This document shows positions 39,837-50,522 of a stretch of DNA of 64,000 nucleotides, in pieces (position 1 is the stretch's first letter; the number at the start of each line of letters is the position of its first letter). The position numbers were made by a program, and so were the translations under genes. The notes under the pieces are model-generated. The model worked only from the letters and a program-made list of their open reading frames with translations. It searched no databases and had not been told where the DNA came from. Source of the DNA: Nitrosopumilus sp. (GTDB lineage Archaea > Thermoproteota > Nitrososphaeria > Nitrososphaerales > Nitrosopumilaceae); assembly GCA_965203315.1 (NCBI GenBank), contig OZ241857.1, positions 544,001 through 608,000 on the forward strand. Reading direction: 5' to 3'.

Positions 39837-42272
39837 TCACCTAGAATTCCACACCATCTTGACGACTCTATACAGTACATAAAATACGCCGAGTGTAAAG
39901 AGTATCCAGAATAGTCTCATGGACGTAAACTCTAACCGTTCGTCATCATTGTGTTTTTCTCGTACGATACCAGCAACATTCTCTGCGGTAGCAACTCCGC
40001 CCCACATGTTATACACAACAAAGTCTGTAGGGCAAGTATCAGATAATAACACTAGACACCCATTTGTACTACATGTACTACCAGTGTATCTGGTACCATC
40101 TACATACACTCCAGTCATATTGCCAAAGTATACATCAAATGGAATGATTGCGACATCACGTGCTTTATTCACGTATAGCCGATTATCCGGCGACATGTTT
40201 AGTTGATAGTATACAACAGTAGAGATCTCTGAACCACCCATCTTTAGCGTATTGGTCTTTTCGATATGATCTCTAACTGCAGTTATGGTAACGTCATACC
40301 AAGATGATGCTAGTAGAAACTCTGGAGACGTATCATTTTTGATATCAGTGATGGTGTGTGGCTCTAGATCATCAAATACTTTTGGCTCTGTAATTATCAG
40401 ATTATTTGATACCATCTCATTGTACAGCCTTAGATCGTATTGAATTCCCGTCTTGTTTATCTTTAATAGATGTGTATGCCCAGTTAGATTTTGTATGGGA
40501 TTCATATCGTACATGTCTGACATGTGCATGAACTCAAACTCGTCTGATGTATGCTTGTCTAGATAATACTCTACAAGTGACAAGAATGTTCTATAACCAA
40601 TATCTTCTATAATGTTTACTGACACGATATCGACTGCATCATCATGCTGTGGCTCAAATAGATCATCAATATAATATGCTGTAATATTGAACGGTATCGA
40701 TAGATATCCAAATGGATATTGAAATTTGGTACTGTGAATATACGTGATATCGTCACCGCCATAGTTATGTGATACTAGATTGTCTATTGTTGTAATGTTG
40801 GTGTTTAGTTTTGCAATCTGCTCTGGATCAAAGTCAATATCTCGTAGAATCTTGCCATATCCTGCTGATTCTATCATTGCATCACGTACTGTATCATTCC
40901 AGTATACTCGCGCAGGACTCGCAAATGTATCTACAAATGTATAATTTTCAGGAATGTATTCGTACACAGAGTCATGCACTAATAAATCTGCCAACCCTTG
41001 TGCCAAAGTCATGTTGGCATTTGGACTCCATAATGTGTTTATCTTTTCAGAGCCGTTTGTGATCAAATATACAGAGAATATCTCGGTTATTTTTACTGGT
41101 CTGTTTGGATGTATTATGTCTAGATCATCTGGTCCGCCACCCATCGACCCTTCATAATGTACAGCAATCGTATAACGATTGTCAAATGATTGTAGACCAG
41201 CATCTTCTAATCTAGTCCAAGTCTCAGAGTATGTTATCTGCGGATCGTATCGGACTATTAACGGCTCTGCAATGCCATAGTATTCACCTATGTATCTATC
41301 TAGATTGTACATCTTACTAGCATGATGTACATCTGCAACTCCCAATCTAGCGGATGTATAGTGTGACGACAATAGATCACCATGGTGTATAGTAGTATAG
41401 TATGGACTCATCAAGCTGCCAGATATTGTAACATCACACGTACTTTGACATGATGTGCTATCCATCCTAGTCAACGGATTTGACGTCATGGTACTATCAA
41501 ACGATATTGTACCGTGTCGTTCTCTTTTGTATATCGAGTCTGGTACTGCATGTATGCCTATGGGATCATCTCTATAGTATGTACCATCTAGGTTCTTGGC
41601 AGGAAAGTTATCTGGATCATAAAGTATAGGATATGAGAATGTAATGTTTCCGTATGGTACATGAACTCTGGGCGACACAGTCTCGGTATCTTGTGGATAT
41701 GTGTATCGAATACGATTGTCGCTACCTCGATAGCTGCCTTTACCCTTAACTGTAACTGATAGTTCTGGAGTGGGCATCGCTTGTACGCATTTTTCATATT
41801 TGATATGGTCAAACTTTTTGGTAGAACTGTACGTATTGTACACATCACGGAAACATTCGTGTGGTGCCAGGTCTGACTTGATCTCAACTAGAGCAGATCT
41901 GCACTTGTGTTTTGGTTTTTTGTCTTTACAGTGAGAGTCCTGCCACCCTTTGAACTTATCGTATGATGATTCGTCTTCCCACGGACCACTCCCTGGATTA
42001 TACAGTGTAACATTTGCATCAGACTTGATATTTTCGACACCAAACGATAGACATGTACTGGATCCACGAGCCTTGAATATAACATAGAATGCATCACCTG
42101 GCCAAAACGAACCGTCTGGGTTTTGACGTGGGCTATCTTGATAGATTACAGGCGATATAACCTGGGATACACTTACAGAACAAGGATTCTGTGCATGTAC
42201 CTCTGGCACATGATCAACAGACAGCAACATCATGCAAACAATACATAGACCAATCAAATAGATGATCAACAT
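39837..42272 (-). CDS. Large secreted, C-terminally anchored protein of the pilus-like locus
   Basis: Signal peptide, internal repeat NPDGSFWPGD/NLDGTYYRDD, C-terminal TM. Confidence 0.75.
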   Translation of the reverse strand: MLIIYLIGLCIVCMMLLSVDHVPEVHAQNPCSVSVSQVISPVIYQDSPRQNPDGSFWPGDAFYVIFKARGSSTCLSFGVENIKSDANVTLYNPGSGPWEDESSYDKFKGWQDSHCKDKKPKHKCRSALVEIKSDLAPHECFRDVYNTYSSTKKFDHIKYEKCVQAMPTPELSVTVKGKGSYRGSDNRIRYTYPQDTETVSPRVHVPYGNITFSYPILYDPDNFPAKNLDGTYYRDDPIGIHAVPDSIYKRERHGTISFDSTMTSNPLTRMDSTSCQSTCDVTISGSLMSPYYTTIHHGDLLSSHYTSARLGVADVHHASKMYNLDRYIGEYYGIAEPLIVRYDPQITYSETWTRLEDAGLQSFDNRYTIAVHYEGSMGGGPDDLDIIHPNRPVKITEIFSVYLITNGSEKINTLWSPNANMTLAQGLADLLVHDSVYEYIPENYTFVDTFASPARVYWNDTVRDAMIESAGYGKILRDIDFDPEQIAKLNTNITTIDNLVSHNYGGDDITYIHSTKFQYPFGYLSIPFNITAYYIDDLFEPQHDDAVDIVSVNIIEDIGYRTFLSLVEYYLDKHTSDEFEFMHMSDMYDMNPIQNLTGHTHLLKINKTGIQYDLRLYNEMVSNNLIITEPKVFDDLEPHTITDIKNDTSPEFLLASSWYDVTITAVRDHIEKTNTLKMGGSEISTVVYYQLNMSPDNRLYVNKARDVAIIPFDVYFGNMTGVYVDGTRYTGSTCSTNGCLVLLSDTCPTDFVVYNMWGGVATAENVAGIVREKHNDDERLEFTSMRLFWILFTLGVFYVLYRVVKMVWNSR

Positions 42273-42304
42273 TTGTATAAATGGATTTTGTATTAAAGCA
42301 ACCG

Positions 42305-43210
42305 TTATCTTGATGTGTTATGGGTAGTAAGTGGCATCTGCTTCTTTATGATGTTGTACACCTTTTTACCATGTGTAACAAACTCTCGGTTGATATCACA
42401 ACCAATAAAATTTCGCCCATGTTTGTACGACATCTCTAACATTGTTGCTGATCCTAGAAAAGGCTCAAAGACAACATCATCTTTATCTGTTGTTGCTAGT
42501 AGTAACTTTTCAACGAGTCTCTCTGGAAATGTTGCCGTATGATTCTTTTTTGGTTGTGTCGGTATCAACCATACCTGATTTGCGAGTCGTTTTTTACCAC
42601 TCTTGCCTGTTACCATATATGGTTCTGGATTAAATTTGTACTTTCCACTTTTAGTAAAATGTAAGACATATTCAGAACTAGATCTAACTCTGTCCTTTGC
42701 ATTATCGGGCATAGGATTTGGTTTCTCCCAGATGATATTTTCACGCCAGATATATCCCATATCTACGAGACCTATTGCAATCCTAAATGGTAAACCACAT
42801 AATGATTTGGATTTAATTGTTTTATGATATGCAGTTACACAACTAGTGTTACCTTGTTTATCTGCATGTAGTCCATCTCGTATCCATGATTGATCCTTGT
42901 TGTTCTCCCAATGATTGTGATGTGTACGTGATATACCTGAACCCATGAAACTATCTTGAATCACAACAAACAATGAACCCGTAGATTTCATCTTGTCAAG
43001 TATCTTTGAGTATAGTTGAATATTTCTGTCCACATAATCTTCTAGTGTCTCTATGCCAAACTCTTGCTTGTTGTTTGTAAACTGTCTCTTGCCCCAGTAT
43101 GTTGGACTGGTAATACAGCATTGTATCATGTGGTCACTAATTTCATCGATACACTCTAGTGCGTTTCCATGATACAGAATACAGTCGCTCTGATCTACTA
43201 GCTTTTTCAT
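42305..43210 (-). CDS. Beta-class DNA MTase with variant motif IV (TSPTY)
   Basis: CITSPTYW, IIWEKPNPMP, HTATFP and EPFLGSAT. Confidence 0.88.
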   Translation of the reverse strand: MKKLVDQSDCILYHGNALECIDEISDHMIQCCITSPTYWGKRQFTNNKQEFGIETLEDYVDRNIQLYSKILDKMKSTGSLFVVIQDSFMGSGISRTHHNHWENNKDQSWIRDGLHADKQGNTSCVTAYHKTIKSKSLCGLPFRIAIGLVDMGYIWRENIIWEKPNPMPDNAKDRVRSSSEYVLHFTKSGKYKFNPEPYMVTGKSGKKRLANQVWLIPTQPKKNHTATFPERLVEKLLLATTDKDDVVFEPFLGSATMLEMSYKHGRNFIGCDINREFVTHGKKVYNIIKKQMPLTTHNTSR

Positions 43211-43902
43211 TTTCTTCTCAACTCTAGAATATTTTGTCGTGTAGGATATATTACATTGTTAGATTCCGGATACGCTAAAGCACATTCTTCACATTTTGGA
43301 TCTTTGCAGAGTTTACATATTTTGTTCTTTTCGCGATTCACAAACGCAGATATTATCTGATAGTTACCAGTCGTGTTTCTGCCACCTTTAAAGAGCGGTC
43401 TTCTATGATCATAGTTTACTGTCTTTAATGACTTGCAAAAAGTATCTATGCCCATAGATATTCTTTCTTGTACTGGTATCTGTGTTATATTGCATAGTCC
43501 ATTACAACTGTCAAATATCTTTTGTTGGTCGTCATTTGAGAGGTTTTTGCGTTGATCTTCTACTCCCAGATAGATCTCAATATCACTTTGAGATGTACAA
43601 TATTTACATAACATTTCGACATCAAGTGCTACTGTCATACTATTTCGATCATCTCTTCCTTCGATTAGATATGGTTGATAACCTTCTTGGTGTTTCAAAT
43701 CATTATATGCTCTGTTTGGATCATTAAAAGTGGCATCGAGATCATTATGGATGTTAAGAGATCTGGGATAAACCTCTAGTATCTTACATAGTACAGTGAA
43801 TGCTCTCTTTATGTTTAGTCTAAAGGTACAAGTCTTGATACCACAAGTGATCTCTAGTGTATGATTAGAATCGTTTAGGACTCTATAACTGACATCATCC
43901 AT
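43207..43902 (-). CDS. HNH (beta-beta-alpha-metal) endonuclease, KpnI-like REase candidate
   Basis: YDHRRP..KGG.N...NYQ...NREKNKICKLC...CEECALAYPE; ATGA overlap with the MTase. Confidence 0.72.
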   Translation of the reverse strand: MDDVSYRVLNDSNHTLEITCGIKTCTFRLNIKRAFTVLCKILEVYPRSLNIHNDLDATFNDPNRAYNDLKHQEGYQPYLIEGRDDRNSMTVALDVEMLCKYCTSQSDIEIYLGVEDQRKNLSNDDQQKIFDSCNGLCNITQIPVQERISMGIDTFCKSLKTVNYDHRRPLFKGGRNTTGNYQIISAFVNREKNKICKLCKDPKCEECALAYPESNNVIYPTRQNILELRRK

Positions 43903-43941
43903 TATTCAAAGTAACCGTATCCCATTATTAACCATATATTA

Positions 43942-44272
43942 TTAGACATCTGATTTGATTTCGCTATGTCTTACCATCTCTGTTATACTAGATCGTTGAG
44001 ATCCAAGGAATGACACTAGTACACCAATAACGATAACAACGATCAGTCCTGTATAGTCTTCGGCATATCGGCACGGCAGTAAACGATTCGGTAGCCGTTA
44101 CTGTAAGGGGGTCTCAATAGATGTCATATTTTGCAGGTAGTCCACTCCAACGATCAAAGATATCTCTGATCAAAAACAATACCACATCTCTAGATGGTGT
44201 AGTACTGTTTGCTCACCCACATCAAACTTCCACCACCTATTCCCCCATCTACGACAATAGTAATCATGGGTT
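43942..44272 (-). pseudogene. Diverged duplicate of the 3' end of gene 47311..50466
   Basis: ACTAGTACACCAATAACGATAACAACGATCAGTCCTGTATAGTCT and CTCTGATCAAAAACAATAC shared with 47340-47650; frameshifted; own stop codon. Confidence 0.88.
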
Positions 44273-44483
44273 GGTTCTTTTAATTTAACTAGAGTTGGTA
44301 AATTGACAAATTTGGAAATAAATTTCAAAAATAACAATCTGTGTATTAAAATATAAAAATAAGAGAACGATTACACCTACATTGTCTAGTGCTTAAAAAA
44401 TTATAACAAATTAGGCATCGATAGATGTATTTTCAATTAATATGCGCCATTTATTATTGCCTTGTATTACAATTCCAACTTTT
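44273..44483 (-). mobile_element. Degenerate right end of an IS6 related to 31164..32632
   Basis: GGTTCTTTTAATTTAAC TIR plus reverse-complement similarity to 32420-32632, including the last transposase codons. Confidence 0.8.
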
Positions 44484-44639
44484 ATGTGACATTATGAAGT
44501 TATGGAAGAGTTTTGTCAACTTAGAGAAAACACAAAAACATAAAAAACCTTTAACAAAAAAGTAAAACTCTGGAATTAAAACGTATTTTATACAGCATAT
44601 GGTCTTACTACCGCTCACGTTCTTTTGGTTTCTGTGTAT

Positions 44640-44680
44640 TTGTGTACAATTCTGTACAATTATGTACGAACGTACAATAT
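44640..44680. repeat. Degenerate ~10-bp tandem repeat with TGTACAAT core
   Basis: tgtgtacaat tctgtacaat tatgtacgaa cgtacaat. Confidence 0.55.
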
Positions 44681-45004
44681 TTTTGCAGTGTCTTTGTTTT
44701 TTATTTTTAATTCCAATAAATTACAGAGTACGTGTTATTTTTTCTGTAATTTAAAACATAACGGATTATTTTAATCAACAAATAGTGTTTATGTGAAAAT
44801 GAATTATACATAATATCTAGCCATAATTTTATTAGATAAACAAAATATAAAAAGTATATGATATAATGTCAGATGCGATTTTCGAGGCATGTGATTTTAT
44901 GCACGATATCCTTGTTTCAAAAATATTTTGTAAACATTCAGATCTAGTATTCATCTATTACGATTGTGGTAATTGTAGATTATGTCAATATGCAGAACAT
45001 AAGA

Positions 45005-45904
45005 TCAATCCGGAATGGCATTCATAAGTGTGGACGGATCTAACTTATATTTGATTGGCTCATATGATATTCCAAAGTAATCTAGATGTTTTGAAAAATG
45101 TTCCAGCATGTTCCCGTCTGCCATTGCAATCCATTTTATATTACGTTTATCTAACTCGGATTTGTTTTGATCCGATAATTTATCTGCAATAAATAATTGA
45201 GTATCTCTAGCTATTGCTCCATCAGCACTTTCTGGATTGCCAAGTCCCATTAATTTAACTTCGCATCTTATGTATTTTCCATCATCTCTGGTTAGAAAAA
45301 AATCAGATTCTCTAGGATTGTTCGATTCCGGAGTAATTTGATTTTGATAATGCTTCAAGTCAACTTTTAACAGTCGGCACAAGGTGTACATTAACGGCTT
45401 TTCAATCTGTTTGCCCATAGTGCTCCAAATGCCTCCTCTCAAACCTGCTCTCATAACAGCTATGGCATTTATCACTATCAATGACTCATCAATTGACAAG
45501 TTTATGCTGACTTGGTTTAATGTTATTGTTATTGATATGTTTATGTTATCCTCTTTAATTAAGTCATTTATGTGTTCCAATAAATCATCATAATGTTTTA
45601 TTGATGCGTCTAAAACTATAGATTTTGTTGTAGAATGATAAATATTGTTAATTGATTTCAAGTTCAATCCCGAATTCCAAGCAATATCCTCTTTGTCAAG
45701 ATCTTTTGATAGCATATTTTGTTTGTACCAATCATTAGTTATGGAGTTATTTTTTAGTTTTGCAGACACAATCTTGCTAAAGAAACCAATCACTCTGTCT
45801 AAAAATACCACATCAATATGTTTTTGTATGATTTCTCTATGATTTACCTCTAATAGTAAGCTCTTAATTATTTCTACTTTGTGCTCTCTAGACAATCTTT
45901 CCAT
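45005..45904 (-). CDS. Type II restriction endonuclease, CfrBI-like
   Basis: GKQIEKPL, RESDF and RCEVKLMGLGNPESAD; overlaps the MTase. Confidence 0.75.
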   Translation of the reverse strand: MERLSREHKVEIIKSLLLEVNHREIIQKHIDVVFLDRVIGFFSKIVSAKLKNNSITNDWYKQNMLSKDLDKEDIAWNSGLNLKSINNIYHSTTKSIVLDASIKHYDDLLEHINDLIKEDNINISITITLNQVSINLSIDESLIVINAIAVMRAGLRGGIWSTMGKQIEKPLMYTLCRLLKVDLKHYQNQITPESNNPRESDFFLTRDDGKYIRCEVKLMGLGNPESADGAIARDTQLFIADKLSDQNKSELDKRNIKWIAMADGNMLEHFSKHLDYFGISYEPIKYKLDPSTLMNAIPD

Positions 45905-47159
45905 TACGAACCAGTACTCTCTTTATTTCTTTGACATATTTGGATTCCTTTTCAATTAGTAAATATTTTCTATCATTTTCAATGCACGACATACCGACAG
46001 TACCAACACCTGCAAATGGATCCAACACTAGATCACCCACATAGGAATAAAATTTTACAACATCACTAGCTAGTTTTTTTGGAAACGTGGCAGGATGAAC
46101 TTTATTTGCGGTTGGTCCAATGTTCCAGACATTAGTCATCTCATAATCTTCTTTTATTTTACTAGATTCAATTATATCATCATCATATTGCTTCATATTC
46201 CAATCAATCAATTTATCCGTCTTTTTTCTATACACCATAACATACTCTACTATTAGGTTGGGTTTGTATCCTAATGGTTTACGATGCTGAAAGAAACCAC
46301 CGTTTCTATTTTTTGCAGATGGTGCAGGCTTTTTCCATATTATGTCATCAATAAATTCAAATCCAATCTTTTCAAGTCTTGCATGTATGTCAAACGGTAT
46401 TGCATATCTTTTACTCGAATGTTTTCTAGAAGTACGCGGAACAATTATGGGAGATGTGTTCAATACAAAAAATCGACCTTCAGATGTGATTCGGTATACT
46501 TCAGAAAATACTCGTTCAAGAAAGTCTAGATACTCTTCGTAGCTTTGATAAATCGAATAATCTCGTGCATTATAATAGGGCGGAGATGTAAAGGTCAAGT
46601 CGACAATCTCGCCATCGATCTTTTCAAGTACTGACAGTGCATCGTTGTGATAGATTCTGTTCTCGAACGTCTTTTTGTAATCAGAATCCACAACACCAGA
46701 ATTTGAGGATTTGGGTTGAATAAACTCTCGTATTAATTCGTTTTTATGTTTTTTGAGAATCTTTAAACGATTTTTGACTTTTGTGTCAGTTTTAAAACAA
46801 TTTAATGCTCTAAGAGTTTGTAATACTAGCTTTGGATCTGGATCATGAGATAATGATATCAGTACATCTACATTCTCTCTATTTCGTTGCCGACCGATAG
46901 TGGAGATTATCTCTCTCTTTACGATGGAGTTAGTTTCTTGATGGTAAAACTTTACAAGAAATTTAATGTCATGTGCAGTTAGAGTAGTTTGACCCAGCTG
47001 TTTTATTATCGTGATTTTTCTATCTTTGTTTACTTTTGATGTGTCTGTGGATTTTTGGTCAGATAACATGGATGTCAAATACTTTATAGTTTCGGACTTA
47101 CTTGATATGGTTTGAAGTCCTTTCAGTTTGGTGTTTCTATTCAGTGTGCTTTTCATCAT
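45888..47159 (-). CDS. Beta-class m4C MTase with N-terminal HEAT-like repeats
   Basis: TSPPYY, HPATFP and DPFAGVGT; VKREIISTIG and DPDPKLVLQTLRAL in the N-terminus. Confidence 0.88.
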   Translation of the reverse strand: MMKSTLNRNTKLKGLQTISSKSETIKYLTSMLSDQKSTDTSKVNKDRKITIIKQLGQTTLTAHDIKFLVKFYHQETNSIVKREIISTIGRQRNRENVDVLISLSHDPDPKLVLQTLRALNCFKTDTKVKNRLKILKKHKNELIREFIQPKSSNSGVVDSDYKKTFENRIYHNDALSVLEKIDGEIVDLTFTSPPYYNARDYSIYQSYEEYLDFLERVFSEVYRITSEGRFFVLNTSPIIVPRTSRKHSSKRYAIPFDIHARLEKIGFEFIDDIIWKKPAPSAKNRNGGFFQHRKPLGYKPNLIVEYVMVYRKKTDKLIDWNMKQYDDDIIESSKIKEDYEMTNVWNIGPTANKVHPATFPKKLASDVVKFYSYVGDLVLDPFAGVGTVGMSCIENDRKYLLIEKESKYVKEIKRVLVRNGKIV

Positions 47160-47310
47160 GATATTTAAAGATCCAATCTATTTAAGAGTTGATGAGATCG
47201 TTTGTAGAAGAATATTATCTCGATATGAAAGCATAATGATCTAAACCATTTGACTGAATACTAGATCACCATATTCGAGATTAGAGTAATTGTCTCACGT
47301 TGATCGCGTT

Positions 47311-50300
47311 TTAGCTCTCGGACGAACTAGATTTATCTGTCTTTACCATATACGATATCCTAGATCGTTGTGATATCATAAACGATACTAGTACACCAAT
47401 AACGATAACAACGATCAGTCCTGTATAGTCTGTTTGATACATCGGCACAGCAGTAAACGATTCGGTAGCTGTTACCGTAACAGGTTCTTGATAGAGGCCA
47501 TATTCTACAGGTAATCCGCTCCAACGATCAAAGACGTCTCTGATCAAAAACAATACAACATCACGAGATGGGGCATATAGGATTGTCTGTTCACCTCTGT
47601 CAAATGTTCCGCCACCGATACCTCCATCTACAATAATAGTAATCATGGGCTTGTATACAGCTTTTATCGATGTCGGTTGTAGAATGTTGATATCAAATCT
47701 ACTTTCAGTCTGTATTGTACCATCTGATATCTCGGACATGTTATACACATATCTGGTATCACCGATCTGTAGATCTTGTGGAAACGACACCTGTATAGGA
47801 CCACGTCGAACATACAGTTGATCAGGAGTCTCGACATTTCCCGTAACATCATCATACGATATATTGACTGTGGTTAGTATCTCCTCATCGTCTGTGTTTG
47901 CTGTACGAATAGTTACTAGTGTATCATCTAGTATTTGATACTGTTCTGATTTTTTCTTGGCGATATAACCCTCTTTGGTAAAATCTATTACAACATCATA
48001 GGTACCGGCACGAATGGGTTCTAGTACGATATTGTTTCCTTGTACATTAAACGGAATGTCCGATGTGACATCTATTGATATGTCCTCATCTATTCTCGTC
48101 GTAATGGTATATTTCATGTCTACATACAATACACTACTTCCAAAGTCAACCTGTAATTCATTGTCATCAAATGTATTGTAGAATATATCGACTGTACTAT
48201 TTGTCAGACCATATGGAGTACTAAACACATAGAATGCAGAGTCTTGATAACATTGATACATTGAACCATTACCAGTACAATCTGTATCTATCATGTGACT
48301 AATATCGGATATGGGTTTGTCATCTGCCATCAGATATGCATATACGGGAAATTGCTCCCCTGCACGTACTTTATCTGGTGATTCTAGCAATACTGCAAGA
48401 TCAGATATTGGTTCTGACTTTACAGTCTTTACGATATCATTGTTTATGGCAATTGCCGACATACTAGGAAATTTGATATCTGATTTGCCGTATATGATCG
48501 TGATTGGATTGTTCAATTTGATACGATCTTGTTCAAATTGTACTTCGTCTGATATCAGTCGTATATCGATACTACCAAATGTATCTTGAGGGTTTATGGT
48601 ATTACCATCAGAATCTTGAATCGATATCAAAAACATTGGATAGTACTCACCAGTCAAATGTGGTAATGGAGTCAGATGCAGATGGTACTCTTTTGATTCT
48701 GTTATCTTAACTGTACTAGTAGTTGTAGGTAGATTCGGTGCAGATACATGTATCTCATGCTCTCCTATTATACTACCAGATATTGGAATCAACATGGTCT
48801 GTGTATGTACACCATCATGTAGGAATATTTTCATAGTATCGTGCTCTAGATTCTGAGATGTAATGGTGTATGGTACGAGTTCTATACCAAACGCGGGAAA
48901 CTCTGATTCGTCCAAGATCTCATTACAGTCATCATATGTGTTTAGAATATCTAGTGCGTCCAAAGTACCATCAGGGTTGTTGAGTGTGTCATCTAATGTA
49001 TCCTCTCGTGTGTCATTCAGCAACAAATCTAGTTTGTATATTATATCTACGATATCATTTTCTACATTCAGTTTTAATGCAAGCTCTTTACAATATTCGA
49101 CTAGATCTCTTTCTTGTACCGTACTAAACATAGACACCAACAAGAATGCTGTAGAATCTGTACTTGGAGGGAATATCATACTCTTGAGACTGGTTGGCCG
49201 TTCATACTCTACTTGTTTTACTGGATCGTTGGTTTTGAATAGTTGTGCAGCAGTATACTTTACAGAGACATCGACATATGCAGTACCGTATCCAGGTACA
49301 GATACTGTTATGGTAGATGTACCTGGCCCATGTGTAAAGAACTTGTGATAAAATATACCATCGTTGATGGTAATCCTGGCATCATCATCTAACGAGTCTT
49401 GTGTGCTTGGGCCGTCTCCGAGTGATACTATTCTATCTCCAGAGACGTGTATTGTTCCAGATATTGGTACGGGCGTACGCATTATATTGTCATTTTCGTC
49501 AGTTATCCAACCAAATACATATCCAAACGAGTTTGCAGACACAGTATCAGACGATATGCCGATCTCTATCTTTGATGAATCTCCATTATATGTAATAGGT
49601 ACAGTATCGGATATTGATTGATCTGTGTATGCTGTTAGTGTACCTTGTCCATGTACTATAACAGTAAAGAAGGTATGTGCATCATCTTTAGGAATTGTGA
49701 TATAATCAGGTGCGTCGATATTTGTGCCAACTAACGATACTCGTATGTCAGATTCAGCGTATACGGGGTTGTTAAAATCATCGACAAGATATATCGCAGC
49801 TGTGATCTCTTGAGCAGACGTCTCTTCTGGTAGATACAGCTGTATGTTATAATCACTAGATATCGTATTGTGTATGGTACTGCTAGCCTTCCAAAAGTCT
49901 TGACCAACCTTTGCGATAATGTTTGCATCACCTATGCCGTGTGTCGTTATGTCAAATGTACCATGGTTTCTTCCTTGTGGTATTGTGATATAATCAGGAA
50001 TACGTAGAATGTCTGAGTCAGATGAGAGTTTCACTTGTACGGTATCAAGAGCTGCATCTCGTACAAATACGCCCTTGTATGTACCTTGCTGTAGTATGTG
50101 TCGCGGTACAAAGAGATTCTTTACCGCATCGACCTCTTGTTCTATGCTAGATGATATTGTTATCGGCTGTGAGAGTGTAATATTGTCGTATAGTACAGTG
50201 ACATTTGTCATACCTTGCTTGATGGGTGTGATATCAAATGATAGTGAGTGTTCACCTTTGTACCATATCTTTGTAACAGTCATGTTGATAAAATTTGAAT

Positions 50301-50466
50301 CAAACACAAATGTCACATCGGTCTTATCATCTGCGGCTGTTCTGACCAGCATTCCTTGATCTGTACTATCTACAAACATATTATTTGGTATGTTTAACTG
50401 ATCTGCATACGCGTCAACCGTTGTAATTATTACTATGCCCAACAAGATTAGTAAATACTTTGACAA
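47311..50466 (-). CDS. Large secreted Ig-like/beta-rich protein with C-terminal TM
   Basis: Signal peptide (AYA), internal repeat PDYITIP, TM followed by a basic tail; follows the pilin-like gene. Confidence 0.8.
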   Translation of the reverse strand: MSKYLLILLGIVIITTVDAYADQLNIPNNMFVDSTDQGMLVRTAADDKTDVTFVFDSNFINMTVTKIWYKGEHSLSFDITPIKQGMTNVTVLYDNITLSQPITISSSIEQEVDAVKNLFVPRHILQQGTYKGVFVRDAALDTVQVKLSSDSDILRIPDYITIPQGRNHGTFDITTHGIGDANIIAKVGQDFWKASSTIHNTISSDYNIQLYLPEETSAQEITAAIYLVDDFNNPVYAESDIRVSLVGTNIDAPDYITIPKDDAHTFFTVIVHGQGTLTAYTDQSISDTVPITYNGDSSKIEIGISSDTVSANSFGYVFGWITDENDNIMRTPVPISGTIHVSGDRIVSLGDGPSTQDSLDDDARITINDGIFYHKFFTHGPGTSTITVSVPGYGTAYVDVSVKYTAAQLFKTNDPVKQVEYERPTSLKSMIFPPSTDSTAFLLVSMFSTVQERDLVEYCKELALKLNVENDIVDIIYKLDLLLNDTREDTLDDTLNNPDGTLDALDILNTYDDCNEILDESEFPAFGIELVPYTITSQNLEHDTMKIFLHDGVHTQTMLIPISGSIIGEHEIHVSAPNLPTTTSTVKITESKEYHLHLTPLPHLTGEYYPMFLISIQDSDGNTINPQDTFGSIDIRLISDEVQFEQDRIKLNNPITIIYGKSDIKFPSMSAIAINNDIVKTVKSEPISDLAVLLESPDKVRAGEQFPVYAYLMADDKPISDISHMIDTDCTGNGSMYQCYQDSAFYVFSTPYGLTNSTVDIFYNTFDDNELQVDFGSSVLYVDMKYTITTRIDEDISIDVTSDIPFNVQGNNIVLEPIRAGTYDVVIDFTKEGYIAKKKSEQYQILDDTLVTIRTANTDDEEILTTVNISYDDVTGNVETPDQLYVRRGPIQVSFPQDLQIGDTRYVYNMSEISDGTIQTESRFDINILQPTSIKAVYKPMITIIVDGGIGGGTFDRGEQTILYAPSRDVVLFLIRDVFDRWSGLPVEYGLYQEPVTVTATESFTAVPMYQTDYTGLIVVIVIGVLVSFMISQRSRISYMVKTDKSSSSES

Positions 50467-50490
50467 CTAAACACTCCTGATAATTTTACA

Positions 50491-50510
50491 TAAAAATAGA
50501 AAAAAGGGAA
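50491..50510 (-). terminator. Oligo-T terminator after the pilin-like gene
   Basis: TTCCCTTTTTTCTATTTTT on the minus strand, 12 bp past the stop. Confidence 0.45.
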
Positions 50511-50522
50511 TTGATTGCATCT

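Noticed and set aside
43942-47652. Diversity-generating retroelement template/variable repeat pair
   Set aside because: Differences include indels and are not confined to adenines; no reverse transcriptase in the window.
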